From the IMG/VR virus record IMGVR_UViG_2541047932_000021: a stretch of 33,489 nucleotides of DNA; one strand, written 5' to 3'. This DNA comes from a virus (taxonomy: Duplodnaviria > Heunggongvirae > Uroviricota > Caudoviricetes). The translations under genes were made by a program, and so were the position numbers. The notes beneath the pieces are model-generated. The model was given only the letters and a program-made list of their open reading frames with translations. It ran no database searches and was not told where the DNA came from. Shown piece by piece: positions 1-8,496 of this stretch; the first letter of the stretch is position 1, and each line of letters begins with the position of its first letter.

Positions 1-1002
1 TTACCCTCTATTGTCAAAAGGGTTCAATTCAACAGCAGCCTCTAAATGACCTGGAGCAAAATGCGCATAACGCATAGTCATTTTTATATCGCTATGCCCC
101 AGTATTTTTTGCAACACAAGAATATTTCCGCCCCGCATCATAAAATGACTGGCAAACGTGTGACGTAGCACATGAGTTAATTGCCCATCAGGAAGCTCGA
201 TCTTCGCTCTCTTAATTGCAGCGTCAAAAGCCTCATAACATGGTGAAAATAGCGCTCCTCGTTTTTTAGGAAGCATAGCCTGCAATTGAGGTGAAATCGG
301 TACAGTGCGGTTCTTCTTTCCTTTAGTTTTAACAAATGTGATTCGACCGGGCAGTACTTGAGATTGCTTTAATCCTTCTGCTTCACTCCACCGAGCACCC
401 GTCGCAAGCCCAATACGGACAACAACCCCCAAATCTTTATTCCGTGACTCATCACACGCAATCAGAAGGCGTTCAATCTCATCTACATACAGAAACGCCA
501 GTTCCTTTTCTTCCTCACGAAACTTGCGAATACCAGTCAGGGGGTTTTCACCAGACCACTCCCCAAGGCGCTTCAGTTCGGCAAAAACAGCATGTAGATA
601 TGACTGCTCGCGATTAACGGTTGCTTCACTAAGTTTTTTCTTCCCCTTGGGATTCCATTCTCCTGATAGCCTTCTTTCCCGATAAGTAGCAAACATATTT
701 TTGTCAAACTGAGAAGCAAATGGATCTCCCAGCCTGGAACAAATCGCCTCAAGTTTGACTTTGCGCTCTGCACCAGAGGACAAGGTTTTACCGTACATCT
801 CAAACCAACGAGCAATCAACTCAGAAAGACGAGGACCAGAACCATCTTGAAACTCGTCTCCAACTCTACTATTCATTAAACGGCGCTCATAAGAGAGCGC
901 CTCACTTTTTGTCGCAAACTGTTTACGAATGCGTTTTCCCGATGCCCCGTAGGGATAACATTCGCAAAGCCATTTACCTGATGGAATCTTACGAACCGAC
1001 AT
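1..1002 (-). CDS. int: P2-family tyrosine integrase
   Basis: 333 aa; motifs TGARWSEA, RITFVKTKGKKNRTVPIS, HVLRHTFASHF, MTMRYAHFAP match P2 Int catalytic R-H-R-Y region; stop codon at positions 1-3. Confidence 0.9.
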   Translation of the reverse strand: MSVRKIPSGKWLCECYPYGASGKRIRKQFATKSEALSYERRLMNSRVGDEFQDGSGPRLSELIARWFEMYGKTLSSGAERKVKLEAICSRLGDPFASQFDKNMFATYRERRLSGEWNPKGKKKLSEATVNREQSYLHAVFAELKRLGEWSGENPLTGIRKFREEEKELAFLYVDEIERLLIACDESRNKDLGVVVRIGLATGARWSEAEGLKQSQVLPGRITFVKTKGKKNRTVPISPQLQAMLPKKRGALFSPCYEAFDAAIKRAKIELPDGQLTHVLRHTFASHFMMRGGNILVLQKILGHSDIKMTMRYAHFAPGHLEAAVELNPFDNRG

Positions 1003-1007
1003 TTTAG

Positions 1008-1355
1008 TTACTTATCACATAAATCAAATGCAGCCTTAGTGACATCCCCCAGACTCTTTTTTAACCCTGGGGCGGCATCATTATCTAGCCAAAATGGATT
1101 ATTGTTATCTAACGGTAACGCACCAAATGTTTTACCTTTTATTCGAGCCAAACCTGTAAGTGCATATAACTTATTATCGTCAAAATTCATCACATAAGGA
1201 TTACCATCAAGACACTGTAATTGAACCTCATCAGTATTAAATGGCCATACCCCATTGAAACTCTCACGTTCAATAGTTTTAAAAGGCATTGCGACGGCGG
1301 AAAAAGAAAACATAGATAAAAAAGTAACTAATAGTTGAACCTTTTTTACTTTCAT
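1008..1355 (-). CDS. Small secreted protein, unknown function (possibly YebY/DUF2511-like); cargo gene between repressor and int
   Basis: 115 aa; N-terminal signal peptide MKVKKVQLLVTFLSMFSFSAVA; two Cys (C49, C113); family guess is from memory only. Confidence 0.55.
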   Translation of the reverse strand: MKVKKVQLLVTFLSMFSFSAVAMPFKTIERESFNGVWPFNTDEVQLQCLDGNPYVMNFDDNKLYALTGLARIKGKTFGALPLDNNNPFWLDNDAAPGLKKSLGDVTKAAFDLCDK

Positions 1356-1384
1356 ATCATTACCTCAATTTAGCTCAAGTAAGA

Positions 1385-2035
1385 TTACAAATTAAAAAAC
1401 GCCCTAGAAATGACACCGCCTACCAAAACCCCTACGCAGATAAAGAATATTATTTCTTTTGGATAAAGTCGGATTAATTCTGAAGCACGAAGTCGGACTT
1501 CTGGTAAGGTCGAACTCTCTGTGTGGCTTGATGCCGATTGTTGCTCTAACCACGACAATGCAGACTGTAACTGAGAACGAGTAAGATCGTTTAAACGTCC
1601 TGTACCGAAATTGATATGGCAATACCGCAGAAGTTTTTGTCGAAGTCCACAGTCTTCACTGTTACGTAGTAATAAACTTACAAGAGCCTTACAGGCATCA
1701 TGATCTTTACATCGCTCAAGCATTGCATGCAGAAAACTCTCCGCTGTTTTATATTGATTTACTGTCATATCATCAATACCAGCTACACCAATCTCCGCAT
1801 GTACTTTTTGCCAAATAATAAACGCTTCAGTATTGCTAGCTTCTGCAATAGCAGCAACCAAGCTATTTAGCTCCTTACGCTGAGCCTTAAGCAAAGGGCG
1901 ATCGTCATCATCATTATTCGAAGGGATTGCGATATTGACGGTCTGAGAACCATCATATCGCTCTATCTGAATATTCTTTTCGTGAAAATCACGCCCAGCA
2001 ACGCGATTGTTTGAACCGTTTGAGTTGACGGCCAT
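1385..2035 (-). CDS. Tail-anchored membrane protein, unknown function; cargo gene in the lysogeny operon
   Basis: 216 aa; single C-terminal hydrophobic helix IIFFICVGVLVGGVISRAFF; N-terminal motif NGSNNRVAGRDFHE shared with the C-terminus of the upstream repressor; AT-rich. Confidence 0.6.
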   Translation of the reverse strand: MAVNSNGSNNRVAGRDFHEKNIQIERYDGSQTVNIAIPSNNDDDDRPLLKAQRKELNSLVAAIAEASNTEAFIIWQKVHAEIGVAGIDDMTVNQYKTAESFLHAMLERCKDHDACKALVSLLLRNSEDCGLRQKLLRYCHINFGTGRLNDLTRSQLQSALSWLEQQSASSHTESSTLPEVRLRASELIRLYPKEIIFFICVGVLVGGVISRAFFNL

Positions 2036-2050
2036 GTCACCTCCCTACTA

Positions 2051-2455
2051 TCACCTACCCTTAGTTTCGTTATAGTCACGACCAGCGATACGGTTATTAC
2101 CACCAGAAATATTTAACTCACGTCCTGATGGCTGAGTTTCCTTTTCACTGATCGCACCTTTTAAAGCCCCAATCACCGCATTTTTCACATCTAACGAAGC
2201 TGCTCGAAAGCGAGTAATCAACTCCTGCTCATCATCGTTATAAGTTTCAGGTGAGTGAATTCCCAACACAACATACTGAACATCAAGGCCAAAACGAGAC
2301 AGCGCTGCCAAATACGCAGCATCAGGAAAGCTATCTCCTTTCTCATATCTAAGCTGAGTTAGCTTTTTGACTCCACCAATGTCGCTCATGGCAACTTGAC
2401 TAAGTCCCAATCTTTCCCTTTCCTCACGCAACCGCTGACCAATATCATTTTTCAT
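2051..2455 (-). CDS. XRE-family HTH repressor, likely immunity repressor (functional analogue of P2 C / 186 CI)
   Basis: 134 aa; N-terminal HTH LGLSQVAMSDIGGVKKLTQLRYEKG; first gene of the leftward operon reading into int; divergent from the early operon. Confidence 0.7.
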   Translation of the reverse strand: MKNDIGQRLREERERLGLSQVAMSDIGGVKKLTQLRYEKGDSFPDAAYLAALSRFGLDVQYVVLGIHSPETYNDDEQELITRFRAASLDVKNAVIGALKGAISEKETQPSGRELNISGGNNRIAGRDYNETKGR

Positions 2456-2464
2456 ACAAAAACC

Positions 2465-2493
2465 TTGACAGGTATCTTTTTTGATACCAAAAT
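2465..2493. promoter_or_regulatory. Candidate early (rightward) promoter and operator in the lysis-lysogeny switch region
   Basis: TTGACA at 2465-2470; inverted repeat GGTATC-TTTTTT-GATACC at 2471-2488; weak -10 CAAAAT at 2488-2493; sits between divergent repressor and early genes. Confidence 0.3.
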
Positions 2494-2530
2494 GATTTCA
2501 CGAGCTATTAGATGATCACAATATACCACT

Positions 2531-2737
2531 ATGAAACAAGTTCTTCACGATACCAGATCACGCATTCCGCGTAACACCGCCACAGGTCCAAGACTGGCAC
2601 TTCGGCTGTCCCTCGAGGAGCGAGCCGTCATTGATGAAATGGCAGCTAAAGAACAACGCTCATCCTCTAACATGGCGCGCATGATCTTCCTTCGCGGCCT
2701 AGAGCTAACCCAGAAAGAACAAAACAAATCTTCCTGA
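2531..2737 (+). CDS. Ribbon-helix-helix (Arc/Mnt/CopG-like) DNA-binding protein, first early gene
   Basis: 68 aa; beta-strand then two helices pattern LALRLSLEERAVIDEMAAKE...SSNMARMIFLRGLE; no obvious SD. Confidence 0.5.
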   Translation: MKQVLHDTRSRIPRNTATGPRLALRLSLEERAVIDEMAAKEQRSSSNMARMIFLRGLELTQKEQNKSS

Positions 2738-2753
2738 TCAGGAGGCTAGTGGG

Positions 2754-2957
2754 ATGTCAGGTATAACCATCAATATCAATGTGAATGCCCCCTATGTATC
2801 CCTGCAGAAATATGCAGAGATAACAGGTATCCCTCTTAATACATGCAAAAAGATGTTGGCTGACGGTCGAATTATTATCCGACCCAAACGCGCCAAAATG
2901 GAAAAGCCTGAAGTAAACCTTGTGGCGATGTTAAAAGACGCTTTGGCTAACAGCTAA
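2754..2957 (+). CDS. Cox/excisionase-like HTH regulator
   Basis: 67 aa; SD GGAGG 8 nt upstream; segment APYVSLQKYAEITGIPLNTCKKMLADGRI resembles the P2 Cox DNA-binding region. Confidence 0.5.
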   Translation: MSGITININVNAPYVSLQKYAEITGIPLNTCKKMLADGRIIIRPKRAKMEKPEVNLVAMLKDALANS

Positions 2958-2978
2958 AACAATGAACAGAGCACCATC

Positions 2979-3329
2979 ATGAAAAAAAACGCTAATAATC
3001 CATACTCCAAATTTCGTAATGGCGTAGAACGCCATGTACACCACGTCGCTACCAGTGCATCACGTAGTAACAGTCGCTATAACCTGAACGAGACGCACGC
3101 AACACCGGATGGCCACGCTGTAAAACAAATCGGCGAGCATGCCTGGCTGATTGAGAAAGCTGGAATCGTGGTCCACAAATGCCCACGCAATCCGTTTACC
3201 GGAAACCGCATTTTTGCATTGAACTGCGGCGACAATCACTTCGGGCAGGATTTCACATTATACGAAGCACTTCGCACGGTTGATCGTCTGCTTCGCGGGC
3301 AAAGTTTTATTAAACAGGCTGATTTATAA
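2979..3329 (+). CDS. Hypothetical early protein
   Basis: 116 aa ORF in the early operon, same strand, tight spacing. Confidence 0.45.
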   Translation: MKKNANNPYSKFRNGVERHVHHVATSASRSNSRYNLNETHATPDGHAVKQIGEHAWLIEKAGIVVHKCPRNPFTGNRIFALNCGDNHFGQDFTLYEALRTVDRLLRGQSFIKQADL

Positions 3330-3339
3330 CAGGTGCTTT

Positions 3340-3618
3340 ATGACCAAAGAGCATGCACAAGGTGTATTTATCCGTTTTATTGATTTTCGCGGTGAACTGT
3401 TATTACGCGCATCAGCCATTGACGTAGTTGTTCCATCCGAAAAAAACGCAGCTACTTACGTTTATCTGAACGGTACGCGCCTGACTGTGGAGCTTCCGTA
3501 CCAGACCGTACGAGAAATCATTAGCGAAGCTGAAAAGGCACGTCAGGTTAATGGCGATGAACCCTATATCGAAATTATTTGTATGGATTCAGAAGCTGAA
3601 ATTCAGAAAGCAGATTAA
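3340..3618 (+). CDS. Hypothetical early protein
   Basis: ATG at 3340 follows the upstream stop at 3327-3329; the longer ORF from 3280 would overlap the preceding gene. Confidence 0.45.
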   Translation: MTKEHAQGVFIRFIDFRGELLLRASAIDVVVPSEKNAATYVYLNGTRLTVELPYQTVREIISEAEKARQVNGDEPYIEIICMDSEAEIQKAD

Positions 3619-3626
3619 AGGGCGTT

Positions 3627-3872
3627 GTGATGGGCAAAGAATATAAAACTCTCATTAACAAAGCACTTGAGCGTTTTTATTTTCGCTTAAGTGCATCAGG
3701 CGCTCATGCTGAACGTGCGGCCCGTGACTCATTGACCAGAGCAATCCGAAGTCTGTATGACGTGGCTTTTTACGCTGATGATCTGGATGCACTTAACGAA
3801 CTTTCCGAGCTGATCTATGCCGCAGAATGCGGGGAACATATTGAACCGTATAAGCTGGGAAATATCGCATGA
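3627..3872 (+). CDS. Hypothetical early protein
   Basis: 81 aa ORF, same operon. Confidence 0.45.
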   Translation: MMGKEYKTLINKALERFYFRLSASGAHAERAARDSLTRAIRSLYDVAFYADDLDALNELSELIYAAECGEHIEPYKLGNIA

Positions 3873-3982
3873 GTATATTTATCTCATGGCTTGTTCTGAT
3901 TATTTCGGTGGTCTGCGCCATTGGGATTATGCGAATTATTAATTCAGTAAAAAAGATTGAACGCTTTTTCACTGAAGAATAA
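3869..3982 (+). CDS. Candidate 37-aa single-pass membrane peptide
   Basis: ATG overlaps the upstream stop (ATGA at 3869-3872); MSIFISWLVLIISVVCAIGIMRIINSVKKIERFFTEE; below the ORF-track size cutoff, found by reading the gap. Confidence 0.3.
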   Translation: MSIFISWLVLIISVVCAIGIMRIINSVKKIERFFTEE

Positions 3983-4068
3983 CCGCGCAAATAAGACCCC
4001 AGGTTAAATAAGAAAATGTGAAAACAATCCGCATTCGCGGAGGTATTCGCACACGCCAAGGAGGCGTA

Positions 4069-4272
4069 ATGGCAATTAAGCATTTTCCCGTCGTTCGTTT
4101 CACCTCCAAAGGACGTGAATACGAAGTTGACGAACGCCTGATTACCACAATCGACAAACACCGTTCAGAAAAGGATGCATATCACATCTATCTCACTGAC
4201 GGCACTTACTTTTGCGCCACCAACGTGGTGCAGGTAAATCTTATCAGACAGGTACAGGAGTCACGCAGATGA
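4069..4272 (+). CDS. Hypothetical early protein
   Basis: ATG at 4069 preceded by AAGGAGG at 4058-4064. Confidence 0.45.
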   Translation: MAIKHFPVVRFTSKGREYEVDERLITTIDKHRSEKDAYHIYLTDGTYFCATNVVQVNLIRQVQESRR

Positions 4273-4514
4273 CCATTCTGGACTACATCGCTGCCAATCC
4301 GGGTTGTAGCGGTGGAGAAATCGCCGCAGCACTGAATACACCAACCACAACCATTAATGCGGAGCTACGCCGTCTCTGGCGCAGCGGTTCAGTCATAAGA
4401 AAAGAGCGCAAAACAGGCGGTCGCTTTTCTTATCAGGTAAACCCGATGCCGTTTGGGTGTAGCAACCCACTAACCCAGATGTTCAACCAGCTACTGAGGG
4501 AAATCAGAGCATGA
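4269..4514 (+). CDS. Small winged-helix-like DNA-binding protein
   Basis: 81 aa from ATG 4269 overlapping the upstream stop; MTILDYIAANPGCSGGEIAAALNTPTTTINAELRRLWRSGSVIRKE resembles a wHTH fold. Confidence 0.45.
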   Translation: MTILDYIAANPGCSGGEIAAALNTPTTTINAELRRLWRSGSVIRKERKTGGRFSYQVNPMPFGCSNPLTQMFNQLLREIRA

Positions 4515-4655
4515 GCACCTCCAACTGCCGGAAACCACGTCGGGCTTCAGCAGCTCATCCGGCAGCAAAACAAACTCCATTAATTCCTGTTCCGGGTCTT
4601 TCCTGCACCTTGTGGCGGGAGGCCTTCGCACATCTGTAACAAGAGGATTGCCGCA

Positions 4656-5021
4656 ATGATTCTCGCCAACGACTTTCTTGAATACCTGCTCAACACAGAG
4701 CGTGATCTTGCCGTTCGCGTGCGTGAACGTTATGACATGTACCTGAAATCCCTGCCTGTACCGCAGCTCGCTGACGGAAAGATTGTTATTGATGGTCGCT
4801 ACATGATTGACAGCCACGAGGGAAATTACAGGCTTTACCGCATTGAAGGTGGCACCCCGTCCGTTATTGGCATTTACCAGCGCCCATCCTCTGCAATCGT
4901 CAATGTGATTGCCGACAGCATCCGCATCACACATCGCCATGCCGACACAGAAGACACCGTGCTGGAAATTCAGCGGCTGGCTACAGTCTGCCGCGACACC
5001 CTGAATGGCATGACGAAGTAA
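4656..5021 (+). CDS. Hypothetical protein immediately upstream of A (position of P2 gene B)
   Basis: 121 aa ORF; function inferred from position only. Confidence 0.4.
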   Translation: MILANDFLEYLLNTERDLAVRVRERYDMYLKSLPVPQLADGKIVIDGRYMIDSHEGNYRLYRIEGGTPSVIGIYQRPSSAIVNVIADSIRITHRHADTEDTVLEIQRLATVCRDTLNGMTK

Positions 5022-5027
5022 ATCACT

Positions 5028-7685
5028 ATGACGGCAGAGTACATCAGGGACTGGCAACAACCGCGCCACGCAGTGGGGCGTGAAGGAACGGGGATCCCCG
5101 CTCCTGAATCCGCGCTTTCCTCCTGGCTGGATGCCTACCGGGCAGAGAACGAGCGCCGCCAGGAAATGGCTGATGCGGCGTTCTCCGCCACGCCGCTGGG
5201 CAACCTGATTAATAAAAGCCTGGACGCACAGGAAAAACAGGACAAAACAATCACACTGGCAGGAGACGCCAGAAAACAGGCACGCGGCGCGGTAGATGAG
5301 GCCATGGCCTCACTGCGCCTGCTGCCGTCCTATCTGCGCGATCCGCTTATTCGCCACCTCTCCTTCCTGCGCAAAAAACAGGAAGCCGATCGTCAGAAAG
5401 GAAAAAACGCCAGGCAGGCAGAACGCTATGCGCGTGGGACCCTGCGCAAAATATTCGAACGTCTGGAGCGCACCGATCACCGCTGGCTGACATCGGGTTA
5501 TCGCTCCCTTGCCGGACGTGAACGCCTGGACGATTTGCTTTACCTGCCGCAACTCAACAAACACCAGATACAGACGCTGGCCACCATGACGGCGGCGATG
5601 TTCAGCAGCACCTTCGAAAAACTCTGCGATGGTTTTGGCGCGACTGATGGCGAGCTGACCATGGATGTAACGCTGAAGGCGTATCAGATGCTGGCCCGCA
5701 TGGCGTTACACTTACACGCCATGCCTCCGCATTATGACGCACTGACAACAGACAAAGACCGGAGGCACGAACCGGACACAGAACTGCTGCCGGGCGCAAT
5801 CCTTCGCCTGACCTGTGCGGAATGGTGGAAACGCAAACTGTGGCTGTTACGTTGCGAGTGGAGAGAAGAACAACTCCGCGCCGCCTGTCTGGTTTCCAGA
5901 AAAACATCGCCCTATCTGAGCCAGGACGCGTTAAGCGAGTTTCGCGCACAGCGCGAGAAAACACGCGATTTCCTGAAAAGTTTCATGCTGGAAAATGAAG
6001 ACGGGTTCACGATTGATCTCGAGACGGTGTATTACGCGGGAGTAAGTAACCCGGTTCACCGTAAGGCAGAAATGATGGCCACCATGAAGGGGCTGGAACT
6101 TCTGGCCGAAGCCCGTGGCGACAAAGCGGTGTTTCTGACTGTCACCTGCCCGTCAAAATACCACGCCACAACGGAGAACGGTCATCCGAATCCCAAATGG
6201 AACGGGGCCACAATGCGCGACTCCAGCGATTACCTGGTTAACACGTTTTTTGCGGCGGTCCGCAAAAAACTGAACCGCGACGACCTGCGCTGGTATGGCA
6301 TCCGCACGGTGGAGCCTCATCATGACGGCACCGTGCACTGGCATATGATGGTCTTTGCACATCCGGAAGAAATCGACACCATTGTGTCCCATACCCGCGA
6401 TATTGCCATTCAGGAAGACCGCCACGAGCTGGGCAATGATATTACTCCGCGCTTTAAGGTGGAGTATGTCGACGGCTCAAAAGGCACGCCAACCAGCTAC
6501 ATCGCCACCTACATCGGAAAGAACCTGGACAGCCGCGCCGTGGATGGCATCGACCCGAAAACGGACAAGCCACGCGTGGACCACGAAACCGGAAAATCAA
6601 TGGCCGAGAGCGTGGAACGCGCCATCGGCTGGGCGCGTCTTCACCGCGTCCGCCAGTTCCAGTTCTTTGGTATCCCCCCCCGTCAGGTATGGCGTGAACT
6701 CCGCCGCCTTGCCAGTCAGATGGCCCGCAACCCGGAAGGTCCACAACGTCTGGAAAATGACGCAATGGATGCGGTACTCGCTGCCGCTGATGCCGGGTGT
6801 TTTGCCACCTACATTGAGAAACAGGGTGGCGTACTTGTTCCACGCAAAGACTACCTGATTCGCACCGCCTACGACCTCGCAGAAGAGCTGAACGATTACG
6901 GCGAGCAAAGCGTACAGATTTACGGGATCTGGTCGCCACAAATCGGGGAATCTTCCCGCGTGTGCACGCACCCGGATAACTGGAAGCTGGTAAGACGTAA
7001 ACCGGAAGCGGAAGACAGCGCCCGCGAAAATGGTTTTGACCTTCAGGGCGGCCCTGCCGCCCCTTGGACTCGTGGCAATAACTGTCCCCGTGTACAGGAA
7101 ACGGACAACAACGGGACAGAACAGCCGGAAGAACGGCCAGCACCGTGGCCGCAGCTCCCTGACGGCGTTGAAGTGAACGAATGGATGCGCTCACTGAAAC
7201 GGCACGAACGCCGGGCGCTGATGCGTTCGCTTCGTGACAAACAGGCAAAAAACAGCAGTGATGAAGCGCAGAGCTGGACACAGAGCCGCAAACAGCAGCG
7301 GCCTTTGCCTGATAACCACGAATTACTCGCTAAAGAATGGCGGGAGTCTGCTGAATCTCTCGGCCTGCATATCGGTGAACAACAGATGCAGCACCTGTTA
7401 CGGGGCGGCAGTCTGTACGTTGACGGCAGCATCATTGCACCGCAGGGATTTGAAATTGTACGCAAACCGGATACCCGCCTGGACAGCCGAATCACGCAGC
7501 TCTGGCAGCGCCTGAGCCGTAATCATGGCGTAAGCAGCACGGAGATCCGCCATAACCCGGTCGCCAGCTATCTGGCACAGCTGGGGGCATCAGACCCTGA
7601 AGCCGCCGCACGCCTGGCATCGCCCCCATCAGTTGCGGCGGAACGCGGTGCGCAGCCAGCACATCATCACGGGATGCCGCCTTAA
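5028..7685 (+). CDS. A: Rolling-circle replication initiator endonuclease gpA (HUH family); 3' end uncertain
   Basis: 885 aa; HUH motif region HHDGTVHWHMMVFAHPEE; tyrosine region TSYIATYIGKN; ORF overlaps convergent Q by 194 nt so the true stop may be earlier. Confidence 0.8.
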   Translation: MTAEYIRDWQQPRHAVGREGTGIPAPESALSSWLDAYRAENERRQEMADAAFSATPLGNLINKSLDAQEKQDKTITLAGDARKQARGAVDEAMASLRLLPSYLRDPLIRHLSFLRKKQEADRQKGKNARQAERYARGTLRKIFERLERTDHRWLTSGYRSLAGRERLDDLLYLPQLNKHQIQTLATMTAAMFSSTFEKLCDGFGATDGELTMDVTLKAYQMLARMALHLHAMPPHYDALTTDKDRRHEPDTELLPGAILRLTCAEWWKRKLWLLRCEWREEQLRAACLVSRKTSPYLSQDALSEFRAQREKTRDFLKSFMLENEDGFTIDLETVYYAGVSNPVHRKAEMMATMKGLELLAEARGDKAVFLTVTCPSKYHATTENGHPNPKWNGATMRDSSDYLVNTFFAAVRKKLNRDDLRWYGIRTVEPHHDGTVHWHMMVFAHPEEIDTIVSHTRDIAIQEDRHELGNDITPRFKVEYVDGSKGTPTSYIATYIGKNLDSRAVDGIDPKTDKPRVDHETGKSMAESVERAIGWARLHRVRQFQFFGIPPRQVWRELRRLASQMARNPEGPQRLENDAMDAVLAAADAGCFATYIEKQGGVLVPRKDYLIRTAYDLAEELNDYGEQSVQIYGIWSPQIGESSRVCTHPDNWKLVRRKPEAEDSARENGFDLQGGPAAPWTRGNNCPRVQETDNNGTEQPEERPAPWPQLPDGVEVNEWMRSLKRHERRALMRSLRDKQAKNSSDEAQSWTQSRKQQRPLPDNHELLAKEWRESAESLGLHIGEQQMQHLLRGGSLYVDGSIIAPQGFEIVRKPDTRLDSRITQLWQRLSRNHGVSSTEIRHNPVASYLAQLGASDPEAAARLASPPSVAAERGAQPAHHHGMPP

Positions 7686-8496
7686 CATTCATGAACTCAT
7701 CCTTTGCGGTGATCTGCTGGAACGGCAAAATTTGCACCCCCTCTTTGCCCCCGTTGGGCGCATGGATGAGCACGTTTTTAAACGCGCCACCACCACGCGC
7801 ACCCTGTAACGTTTCTTTCAGGGAGTCCATGCTTTCGCGGTTTACCTGCGCTGCACCGATGTAGATGATGCACCCGGCGTGGGATCCATTGTCGTAATAC
7901 AGTTTTCTGAACATGTCCGCCGAATGAGACAGGCTGGCCGAGAGTAATGCGCCAAGATATTCCGGCATGCCGTAAATTTCCTGGTTAATGTCCGGATTCA
8001 TCAGGTGGCACACTTTGCCAGGGCGAAACTGAAACGCATCCTTGCCATCCTGCACATACCACCATGATTCAAGATCGCTTCCGCGTCGCATGTATTTCGC
8101 CAGGGCGTGCCGTAATTTAAGCGGTTCGCCGAACATATTGCTTCGAAGCTCAAGGAATGCGTTACCGAACACAAACCAGTCCAGCGCCAGCGCCGAGAAA
8201 TCCTGCCGGGAAAGCAGCGGGTGCGGGATGTAGCACCCGAGCAATACGTTGCGCTTAAAGTAAAGCGCAGACTGATGCCAGGACGTTTGCCGGGCGGCTC
8301 TTGCCAGACCGTACCAGTCCACCGGGGTTTCATACCACCGCCCGTTATCAGCACAGTACATATTGTCCAGCAAATCATGCCCGGTCAGGCGATAAGGACC
8401 ATCAAAAGTGAATGCACTGAGCGACGATTCTTTCCTGAGCGCATCAGCGAGATCAATGCGTGAACTCATGCGCACTTTTTTATTTTTTCTGCTCAT
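7492..8496 (-). CDS. Q: Portal (capsid) protein gpQ; 3' end uncertain
   Basis: 334 aa; P2 Q-like sequence through VPPQLMG; Pro/Gly-rich tail overlaps the A ORF end. Confidence 0.8.
   Translation of the reverse strand: MSRKNKKVRMSSRIDLADALRKESSLSAFTFDGPYRLTGHDLLDNMYCADNGRWYETPVDWYGLARAARQTSWHQSALYFKRNVLLGCYIPHPLLSRQDFSALALDWFVFGNAFLELRSNMFGEPLKLRHALAKYMRRGSDLESWWYVQDGKDAFQFRPGKVCHLMNPDINQEIYGMPEYLGALLSASLSHSADMFRKLYYDNGSHAGCIIYIGAAQVNRESMDSLKETLQGARGGGAFKNVLIHAPNGGKEGVQILPFQQITAKDEFMNVKAASRDDVLAAHRVPPQLMGAMPGVRRLQGLMPPAVPDSWRPGYGGSPCCLRHDYGSGAARAA

Noticed and set aside
573-815. Plus-strand 80-aa ORF inside int and minus-strand 72-aa ORF 1404..1622 inside the membrane-protein gene
   Set aside because: Embedded in alternative frames of better-supported genes, with no start context or motifs.
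4491-5069. Minus-strand 192-aa ORF overlapping the early genes and the start of A
   Set aside because: Opposite to the early operon direction, fully overlapped by same-region plus-strand genes, no recognisable motifs.
5310-7495. Several long minus-strand ORFs inside gene A (5310..5564, 5602..5964, 6153..6425, 6454..7281, 6597..6971, 7043..7495) and the plus-strand ORF 6355..6858
   Set aside because: They lie antisense to or out of frame within a well-supported A coding sequence in GC-rich DNA, and their translations are low-complexity Arg/Cys/Pro-rich; treated as shadow ORFs.
7490-7760. P2-type cos site between A and Q
   Set aside because: Neither GGCGAGGCGGGGAAAGCAC nor its reverse complement is present in this interval by manual inspection; cos may be divergent or absent.
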